A stretch of 54,861 bases of DNA from Thermodesulfobacteriota bacterium (GTDB taxonomy: Bacteria; Desulfobacterota; Desulfobacteria; Desulfobacterales; SURF-7): the NCBI GenBank assembly GCA_049320885.1, contig JBMORA010000055.1:1-54861 (forward strand), in the 5' to 3' direction. The position numbers and the translations under genes were made by a program. Numbering within the stretch: the stretch's first letter is position 1; each line of letters starts with the position of its first letter. Positions 19,438-26,578 of the stretch are shown here, in pieces. The notes under the pieces are model-generated. The model saw only the letters and a list, made by a program, of their open reading frames with translations. It had not been told where the DNA came from and searched no databases.

Positions 19438-21342
19438 ATGTCCTTGATCAGCATGCAGGAAGTGTCCTGGGGATTCGGCGGGCAGCCGCTTCTGGACCAT
19501 ATTTCCCTCCGCGTTGAAAAAGGCGACCGCGTCTGCCTGCTGGGCCGCAACGGGGTTGGGAAATCCAGCCTTTTAAAAATTATAGAAGGGCGGATTGTAC
19601 CGGACAGCGGAGAAATCCGGCGGCAGCCCGGCCTCCGGCTTTCCTGTCTGGAACAGAATGTCCCCGAAGGGGCGGAGGAGACCATTTTTGACATTGTGGC
19701 CGGCGGCCTGGGAGTCACGGGTGCGGCCATTGCCGAGCATCGCCATCTCTGCGCCATGGCCGAACAAAACGGGGAGTCGGGCTTTACGGTGCGGCGTGAT
19801 GAATTGCAGCATTTTCTGGACGCGGAAAATGCTTGGCCCCTGGTCCGGCGGATTGAAAACATTCTGTCCCGGACCAACCTGGAACCGGAAAAACCGTTTG
19901 CCGATCTTTCCGCCGGCATGAAACGGCGGGTCCTGTTCGCCCGATCCCTGGCTCCGGAGCCGGACCTGCTGTTGCTGGATGAACCCACCAACCACTTGGA
20001 CATCGACAGTATCCTGTGGATGGAAGAGTTTCTGCTCCGGCATGTGAAAACACTCCTGTTCGTGACCCACGATCGAACCTTTTTACGAAAAATCGCCAAT
20101 CGTATTGTGGAGTTGGATCGGGGGCGGCTTTCAGCTTATTCCGGCGGATATGACGCCTATCTTGTCCGCCGACAGGCGGATCTGGAATCCGAGGAACGCA
20201 GGGACAGCGTTTTTGATAAAAAACTGTCGGCCGAGGAAGCCTGGATACGGCAAGGCGTCAAGGCCCGGCGGACACGGAATGAAGGCCGGGTCAGATCGCT
20301 TTTGGAGATGCGCGAGCGATACAAAAACCGCCGGAAGAAAATCGGCGATATCCGCCTGCAGGTCCAGGAAGCGGAACGGAGCGGACGCCTGGTGATCGAG
20401 GCGGATACGATTCGACATTCCTTTGATGGGGTTCCCGTCATTCAGGATTTTTCGGGCGTCATCATGCGGGGGGACAAGGTCGGTATCATCGGTCCCAACG
20501 GCGCCGGCAAAACCACCTTGCTGCGGATTTTGCTGCGGGAGATGGCGCCGGAGGCCGGCACGGTCCGTCATGGTACGAATTTGCAGGTGGCCTATTTCGA
20601 CCAGCTTCGCGACCAGCTGGATGAAACCAAGACCGTTCAGGAGAACATTGCGGAGGGTAACGACTTTATTCTGCATAACGGCGCCAAGCGGCATGTGATC
20701 GGCTATCTTCGGGATTTCCTTTTTGCGCCGGATCGTTGCCGTACGCCCGTGCATGTTCTTTCCGGCGGTGAAAAAAACCGGCTGTTGCTGGCCAAACTGT
20801 TCACCCGGCCGGCCAATCTGCTGGTGATGGACGAACCGACCAACGACCTGGACATGGAAACACTGGAACTTCTTGAAGAACTGCTGTTTGAATACCAGGG
20901 CACCCTGCTGCTGGTCAGCCATGATCGTTCTTTTCTGAACAATGTGGTCACCGGCACCATTGCCTTTGAAGGCGGGGGGAGGTTGTCGTCCTATGCAGGC
21001 GGCTATGATGACTGGTTGTCCCAGCGACCAAAGGAGCCGATTCCCGAGTTGTGCCCGGCAGCCGCGCCGAGAGAGGAACGACGGAAGGCGGCCTCCAGGT
21101 CCATACGCAAACTCGGCTTCATGGAAAAGCGGGAACTGGCGGAGCTGCCGCAGCGGATCGAACTGCTGGAGAAGGAGAAAAAATCCATATATGACCAAAT
21201 GGCCCAGCCGTCTTTTTACAAACGTGAAAAAGGCGAAATTACCAAAATGAAACAGCATCTTGAAGATATAAACCAGGAAATAGAGGCAGCGTATTCCCGT
21301 TGGGTGGAATTGGAAGAAACGGAATCGGCGCAAAATTTATAA
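19438..21342 (+). CDS. uup: ABC-F family ATPase Uup
   Basis: Two ABC domains (GRNGVGKS, LLLDEPTNHLD; GPNGAGKT, LSGGEKNR, DEPTNDLD), WIRQGVKARRTRNEGR linker, C-terminal coiled coil. Confidence 0.93.
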   Translation: MSLISMQEVSWGFGGQPLLDHISLRVEKGDRVCLLGRNGVGKSSLLKIIEGRIVPDSGEIRRQPGLRLSCLEQNVPEGAEETIFDIVAGGLGVTGAAIAEHRHLCAMAEQNGESGFTVRRDELQHFLDAENAWPLVRRIENILSRTNLEPEKPFADLSAGMKRRVLFARSLAPEPDLLLLDEPTNHLDIDSILWMEEFLLRHVKTLLFVTHDRTFLRKIANRIVELDRGRLSAYSGGYDAYLVRRQADLESEERRDSVFDKKLSAEEAWIRQGVKARRTRNEGRVRSLLEMRERYKNRRKKIGDIRLQVQEAERSGRLVIEADTIRHSFDGVPVIQDFSGVIMRGDKVGIIGPNGAGKTTLLRILLREMAPEAGTVRHGTNLQVAYFDQLRDQLDETKTVQENIAEGNDFILHNGAKRHVIGYLRDFLFAPDRCRTPVHVLSGGEKNRLLLAKLFTRPANLLVMDEPTNDLDMETLELLEELLFEYQGTLLLVSHDRSFLNNVVTGTIAFEGGGRLSSYAGGYDDWLSQRPKEPIPELCPAAAPREERRKAASRSIRKLGFMEKRELAELPQRIELLEKEKKSIYDQMAQPSFYKREKGEITKMKQHLEDINQEIEAAYSRWVELEETESAQNL

Positions 21343-21361
21343 CGTTATTTATAACGTTATT
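21336..21361. repeat. Tandem duplication of TTTATAACGTTA (each copy carries the palindrome ATAACGTTAT)
   Basis: Seen directly; overlaps the uup stop codon. Confidence 0.85.
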
Positions 21362-21466
21362 CGAGAAAAAGCCCGACCTGATTTTTTTTCGGTTTTTTGC
21401 TGGCGGGACGACTGTTGGGATTGGAAGGAAGAATTTAAGCTCAATGGATCATTTTGAGCTTGCTTA

Positions 21467-21616
21467 TCATGGAAATTTGCGGTAAGGAAATGGGTAATCG
21501 GCTGCCTGTAGTAGAAGTCGGCCGTCCTCTGTTTGAAGCTGTTTCTCTTCACTGTGGTCCGTCGCTCCGGCACTCACGGTTCCTGTGTGTAAGTAACGAT
21601 TCAGATAAACAGTCAT
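21467..21616 (-). CDS. Candidate small protein (49 aa)
   Basis: GGAGG 9 nt before the ATG; MTVYLNRYLHTG...PYRKFP; no recognisable motif. Confidence 0.3.
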   Translation of the reverse strand: MTVYLNRYLHTGTVSAGATDHSEEKQLQTEDGRLLLQAADYPFPYRKFP

Positions 21617-21780
21617 TATCCGACGCCTCCAGAGGTGGTGGTGCGGCGGATAACCCAGGCAAACAGTATGGTCGGCAATCAGCGGCACACTTACCCGGCA
21701 GTATGCTTCCACGGGGAACGGTTTTTGGTTTCAAACCCGCGATTCCCTTTTGAAAACCCCTTTGATTCCAAGATGTGATG

Positions 21781-21814
21781 CCAGCAGCAAGGATCCAGCA
21801 GCAAGGATAAGGAT
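21781..21814. repeat. Tandem (CCAGCAG CAAGGAT)x2 + AAGGAT, heptamer-based repeat
   Basis: Seen directly in intergenic DNA. Confidence 0.75.
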
Positions 21815-21908
21815 GAGGAAAGAGGACGGGGTGCGCCGAATGCCGATGCCGGTTCGAATGTCCTGTATGGACGCAAACACCAACCCTGAATTGAGGTAAC
21901 AGAAGAAC

Positions 21909-22067
21909 ATGGATGAGGACAAAAGAAAAAAAATCGAAGCCAAATTGAGACAGATGATCGCGGCGGAGAAAAACACATCGGAGGAAAACCGGTCCAATGA
22001 AGTGAAATCCTACGGCGCCACCATCATTCGGCGCCGGAAAGGAACTCCGGACACCCAGATTGAATAG
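21909..22067 (+). CDS. Small charged protein (52 aa, below the ORF-track cut-off)
   Basis: MDEDKRKKIEAKLRQMIAAEKNTSEENRSNEVKSYGATIIRRRKGTPDTQIE; GAGGT upstream; helical N-terminus and IIRRRKG motif. Confidence 0.7.
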   Translation: MDEDKRKKIEAKLRQMIAAEKNTSEENRSNEVKSYGATIIRRRKGTPDTQIE

Positions 22068-22104
22068 CCGCCAGATCGGGTTTGAGATGGCAACTCTCCG
22101 ATGG

Positions 22105-22854
22105 TCATGAGGACCTTCCGAGGTTTTCCATCCAACCGTTCCAATTGAATTGAATCAGCAACGCCGCGAAACCGCCGTCGGGTTTTGCAGCGATGGTCAC
22201 TCCTTTCCGCGTCACCGGGTGCTTGAATTTCAATTCAACCGCCGCGAGCAGCAAACGATTACATTCCAGATATGTCCTGAAAAATCGGTTATGGGTGCTT
22301 TTCCCATATCGGGTGTCCCCGATGATGGGGTGGCCGACGTGTTTCATGTGTTTCCGCAACTGGTGCCGGCGTCCTGTCCGGGGCCGAAGGACGGCAAGGG
22401 AATACCGGCTGGTGGGATAACGATCCACCTGGAACGGCAGTTCGACGGTCCCCACCCGCTGATAGTCCGTGACAGCGGGGAATCGCCGGCTGTCCTTTGA
22501 TTCCCCTTCTGGAATGCGCTTGTCCCGCACTTTTTTCACCGGATGATCGATCCGGCCGGTTTCATTTATAATTCCACGCACAACAGCCAGATATGTTTTT
22601 TCCACTGCCCCGTTTTGAAAAATGGCGGCGGTTTGTCCGGTGATTTCAGGAGAAAAAGCAAACAGCAGAACCCCGGATGTGGCTCTATCCAGGCGGTGCA
22701 CGGGATAGACATGACACCCCACCTGGTTCCGAACCATCTGCAGGGCGAAGTGTTTCTCATGCCGATCCACCGGACTGCGATGAACCAGCAGGCCGGCCGG
22801 TTTATGGACGGCTATGTAATACGGATCCTGATATACAATTTCCAGGGGTTCCAT
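22105..22854 (-). CDS. truC: tRNA pseudouridine synthase, TruC-like (RluA family)
   Basis: HKPAGLLVHRS, VHRLDRATSG, YPTSRYSL, TGRRHQLRKH, HPIIGD. Confidence 0.88.
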   Translation of the reverse strand: MEPLEIVYQDPYYIAVHKPAGLLVHRSPVDRHEKHFALQMVRNQVGCHVYPVHRLDRATSGVLLFAFSPEITGQTAAIFQNGAVEKTYLAVVRGIINETGRIDHPVKKVRDKRIPEGESKDSRRFPAVTDYQRVGTVELPFQVDRYPTSRYSLAVLRPRTGRRHQLRKHMKHVGHPIIGDTRYGKSTHNRFFRTYLECNRLLLAAVELKFKHPVTRKGVTIAAKPDGGFAALLIQFNWNGWMENLGRSS

Positions 22855-22915
22855 GGTCCCCTCCCGTGGCGGCCGACTATTCGGAACACGAATGAAATGA
22901 ATCGCCGTTGTCGGG

Positions 22916-23983
22916 TCATCCGTTCAGCAAACCGGCCAACGGCTTGACAGCGCGGACGGAATGCGCGGCCCCCAATTGACCGCAGGCCGCCATGATCCGG
23001 TTGCCGTAGGATCGTCGCAGCCGGGTGAAAATGTTTTTCCCCACCAGTTGTTGCTGGAACCGGTGGACGGTTTCCATGTCAGGAGGGGAGTATACCGCGC
23101 CGGGGCTTGGATTGAAAGCAATCAGATTGACGCGCACCTTCAGACCATCCACCAGGGCGGCCAGTTCCTCGGCATGCCGTGGGGAATCGTTGATACGGCG
23201 GATCAGCACGTACTCGATGAACAGAACGCTGTCCCGGCCAAGGGGAAATCGGACCAGGGTTTTTCGGAGTTCCTCCAGGGGAAATTTCCGGTTGATGGGC
23301 ATCAGAATATCCCTCAGCCCGTCCTCCGCGGCGTTAAGGGATACGGCCAGTCGCAGATTGGGCTTGTTCCTGGCGGCCAGCCTGCGAATGCCGTCCGCAT
23401 GGCCGGCGGTCGAAACGGTGATGCGGCGGAGGGGAACATCCAGGCCTTGCTGATCGCTGATCACTTCGATTGCCCCAAGAACATTTTCGAAATTGTCAAG
23501 CGGTTCGCCCATGCCCATGAATACGATGTTATTCACCGGCTGGCGCAGCAGAAAGCGGGCTGCAACCACCTGCCAGACGATTTCTTCCACGGTCAGATCC
23601 CGTACGAACCCCATGCCGCCCGTGGCGCAGAATCGGCAGCCCATGCGGCAGCCCACCTGGGAGGAAACGCACAAGGTACTGCGCTTCCCTGCCGGGATGA
23701 GGACGGATTCAATGGTATTTCTGTCCGGCAGGCGGGAAACGAACTTGAGGACCGCGTCTTCCTGCACTTCCAGGATGCGGCAGGACGGAAAGGCGAGATC
23801 CCTGATGATGTCACAGGCCAGCTTGGGTGAAGACCGGAATTCCGGAATTTCCGTGAGCCGGAAACCACCGTTTCGGAAGACCTCCCGATAGACCCCGGTG
23901 GCATGATACCTTCCTTTCCCGTACCGGCGTTTGAATTCAGCCGCCAGTTCCGTGCATGTATGGGCGAAAAGGTTCAGAGCCAT
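22916..23983 (-). CDS. rlmN: RlmN-family radical SAM RNA methyltransferase
   Basis: CVSSQVGCRMGCRFC, FMGMGEP, SLNA, AACGQL; atypical N-terminus, so possibly a second paralogue. Confidence 0.85.
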   Translation of the reverse strand: MALNLFAHTCTELAAEFKRRYGKGRYHATGVYREVFRNGGFRLTEIPEFRSSPKLACDIIRDLAFPSCRILEVQEDAVLKFVSRLPDRNTIESVLIPAGKRSTLCVSSQVGCRMGCRFCATGGMGFVRDLTVEEIVWQVVAARFLLRQPVNNIVFMGMGEPLDNFENVLGAIEVISDQQGLDVPLRRITVSTAGHADGIRRLAARNKPNLRLAVSLNAAEDGLRDILMPINRKFPLEELRKTLVRFPLGRDSVLFIEYVLIRRINDSPRHAEELAALVDGLKVRVNLIAFNPSPGAVYSPPDMETVHRFQQQLVGKNIFTRLRRSYGNRIMAACGQLGAAHSVRAVKPLAGLLNG

Positions 23984-24012
23984 GACCGTTCTTGAAGCTC
24001 CCCATGGATACA

Positions 24013-24087
24013 ATTTGAGATTTGAGATTTGAGATCCAAAATCGGCAGTCTCAAATCTGAAATCTCAAATCTCAAATCCCAAATCCC
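24013..24087. repeat. Inverted heptamer arrays (ATTTGAG)x3 ... (TCTCAAA-like)x5
   Basis: Seen directly; the two arrays are reverse complements separated by ~14 nt. Confidence 0.9.
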
Positions 24088-24185
24088 CTCCTCCAACCAT
24101 CGGATTTACAGTTGAAATTCCAAGTCCAGGCGCTGCCGCTCTTCCTGTAGGCCATTGCCGGGTGAAAATCAACTGAAAAAGGCTC

Positions 24186-24215
24186 TTGACATCTTTCCGG
24201 GGTTGCGTTTATAGA
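24186..24215 (+). promoter_or_regulatory. Sigma-70-type promoter of the acyl-CoA catabolic cluster
   Basis: TTGACA (24186-24191), 18-nt spacer, TATAGA (24210-24215). Confidence 0.55.
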
Positions 24216-24219
24216 AAAA

Positions 24220-24235
24220 TCCATCAAATGATGGA
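24220..24235. promoter_or_regulatory. Candidate repressor operator TCCATCA-AA-TGATGGA
   Basis: Perfect inverted repeat at the predicted transcription start; extra half-site TGATGGA at 24256-24262. Confidence 0.6.
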
Positions 24236-24359
24236 AACAAAGCATGGTATATTTTTGATGGAATTCATCCCGGGGGGCCGCAGCCGTCCGGGCGGATCGG
24301 ATACCATAAGAAACGATTGTCATCATTTATTCACCGTTTAATCCAAAGGAGGGATGGAT

Positions 24360-26489
24360 ATGGCCTTGAACATGGACGCATTGGGGAAAAAAATCGGTCC
24401 TGTTTCCAAGGACTACAGCTGGAAGGATGTGGTCCTGTACGCCCTAGGCGTGGGCGCCGGATTTTCCAATCTGGAATATTGCTACGAGAAAGACCTGAAG
24501 GTCATTCCGAGCTTTTCCATTGCATCGATTTTTGAGTTTATCGCCCAGTTCGGCATTGAGTCCGGCGTGAATCTGGCCGGTATTCTGCACGGCGAACAGG
24601 AACTGATTTTCCACAACCCGATTCCCACGGAAGGGACATTGACCACCGAGGGCAAGCTGACCCATTACTATGACAAGGGCAAGAAAAAAGGCGCCCTGGT
24701 GGTGGGCGAAAGTGAAACCCGGCATTCCAACGGGAAAAAGCTGTTCACCAGCATCCTCAGTATCTTTGCCCGCCTGGACGGCGGCTTTGACGGTCCGGAT
24801 GCCCCCAAGAAAGAGGTCATTTTCCCGGATCGGGCCCCGGATTTCGTGGTGGAGGAGGCGCCCGCCGGAAACCAGCCCCTGTTGTACCGATTGTCCGGCG
24901 ATCTCTTCGCCCTGCACGCGGATCCGGACTTCGCCAAGATGGCCGGGTTTGAAATGCCGATCATGCACGGCCTTTGCACCCATGGGTATGCCTGCCGGGC
25001 CCTGATCAACAACCTCATCCCCGGCGCACCGGAAAAAGCCCGGCGCATGTATTGCCGTTTTTCCAAAACCCTGTATCCGGGAACCCCGATTCAGATTCTG
25101 ATCTGGAAAACCGGCGCGGGCAAGGCGGTCTGGCGGGTGCTCAATTCCCGGAACGGGGAAACGGTCATCGACATGGGTGAATTTGAATACGGCGATATCC
25201 CCAAGGACGAGATTCGCTTTGATGGCCGCGTGGCCATCATCACCGGTGCCGGCGCCGGTCTGGGGCGGGTATACGCGCTGGAATTGGCCAAACGCGGCGC
25301 CATGGTGGTGGTGAACGACCTGGGCGGATCCCGGGATGGCTCGGGTGGAGGGTCCTCCGCCGCGGCCGACAAGGTCGTCAAGGAGATCCAGGAGGCGGGC
25401 GGCAAGGCTGTGGCCAACTATGACAATGTGGCCACGCCGGAAGGCGGCGAGAATATCGTCAAGACGGCCCTTTCCGCATTCGGCAAGGTGGATATCCTGA
25501 TCAACAACGCGGGCATCCTGCGGGACAAGAGCTTCACCAAGATGGAACCGGAAAACTGGCAGGCCGTCATGAAGGTCCACCTGGACGGGGCCTTCCATGT
25601 CACTCGGCCGGCGTTTGCGGCCATGAAGGACAACGGCTACGGACGCATCATCATGACCACTTCCGCGGCCGGTTTGTACGGCAATTTCGGGCAGACCAAT
25701 TATTCATCCGCCAAGATGGCCCTGGTGGGATTCATGAACACCCTGAAACTGGAAGGCCAGAAATATGACATCAAGGTCAACACCATCGCCCCGGTGGCCG
25801 CTTCACGGTTGACGGAGGATATCATGCCTCCCGATCTGTTCGAAAAGATGAAACCGGAATATGTGGCGCCCATGACCATCTATCTCTGCTCCGATAAATG
25901 CCAGGCAAGCGGCAATATTTACAACGCCGGCATGGGCTTTTACAACCGGGTGGCGGTGGTGACCGGTCCCGGCGCCGTGATCAAGGGCAGCGGTGAATTT
26001 CCGACGGTGGAGGATGTGCAGAAGAACCTGGGGAATATTGCCAGTCTCAAGGGCGGCAAGGAATACTTCCAGCTGAACGACCAGGTGGGCGACGTATTCA
26101 CGGCTCTCACCGGTCCGCCTTCGGGAGCCAAGGCCGGCGCGGAAACGGCGGCTGGAACGGCCGCCAGATTCGCCAGCGCGGCGGCTGTTTTCGAGGCCAT
26201 GCCCGGCGCTTTCCGGGCCGACAAGGCCGCCGGAAAGGATGTCGTCTTTCAATACATCATTTCCGGAAGCGGGGGCGGAGAATGGATTTGCGCCATCCAG
26301 AACGGAACCTGCGACATCCGGGCCGGGAAACATGAAAAACCGGCCTGCACCCTTAAAATGAAGGATGCCGATTTTCTGGACATGATGAACGGGAAGATGA
26401 ATCCCATGCAGGCGTTCACTTCCGGTAAGCTGGCCATTGAAGGCGATGTCATGAAGTCCCAACTGATCGAGAAGGTATTCAAGCTGTAG
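24360..26489 (+). CDS. MFE-2-like multifunctional enzyme: double-hotdog (R)-enoyl-CoA hydratase + SDR dehydrogenase + SCP2
   Basis: LYALGVG, LHGEQ, YRLSGDLFALHADP and PIMHGLCT (hydratase-2); TGAGAGLGR, NNAGILRD, GNFGQTNYSSAK (MFE-2 SDR); NPMQAFTSGKLAIEGD (SCP2); AAGGAGG RBS favours ATG 24360. Confidence 0.92.
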   Translation: MALNMDALGKKIGPVSKDYSWKDVVLYALGVGAGFSNLEYCYEKDLKVIPSFSIASIFEFIAQFGIESGVNLAGILHGEQELIFHNPIPTEGTLTTEGKLTHYYDKGKKKGALVVGESETRHSNGKKLFTSILSIFARLDGGFDGPDAPKKEVIFPDRAPDFVVEEAPAGNQPLLYRLSGDLFALHADPDFAKMAGFEMPIMHGLCTHGYACRALINNLIPGAPEKARRMYCRFSKTLYPGTPIQILIWKTGAGKAVWRVLNSRNGETVIDMGEFEYGDIPKDEIRFDGRVAIITGAGAGLGRVYALELAKRGAMVVVNDLGGSRDGSGGGSSAAADKVVKEIQEAGGKAVANYDNVATPEGGENIVKTALSAFGKVDILINNAGILRDKSFTKMEPENWQAVMKVHLDGAFHVTRPAFAAMKDNGYGRIIMTTSAAGLYGNFGQTNYSSAKMALVGFMNTLKLEGQKYDIKVNTIAPVAASRLTEDIMPPDLFEKMKPEYVAPMTIYLCSDKCQASGNIYNAGMGFYNRVAVVTGPGAVIKGSGEFPTVEDVQKNLGNIASLKGGKEYFQLNDQVGDVFTALTGPPSGAKAGAETAAGTAARFASAAAVFEAMPGAFRADKAAGKDVVFQYIISGSGGGEWICAIQNGTCDIRAGKHEKPACTLKMKDADFLDMMNGKMNPMQAFTSGKLAIEGDVMKSQLIEKVFKL

Positions 26490-26578
26490 GCCGTCGGCCG
26501 TTCGGCGCCGGTTCGTATCCGGCCGCCGGAGGATGACCGCTGATCATTAACGAAAATTGAAAAAAGAGGAGACCCGCA

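Noticed and set aside
21840..21875. GGTTCGAAT resembling a tRNA T-loop
   Set aside because: No T-stem, acceptor stem or cloverleaf could be built around it
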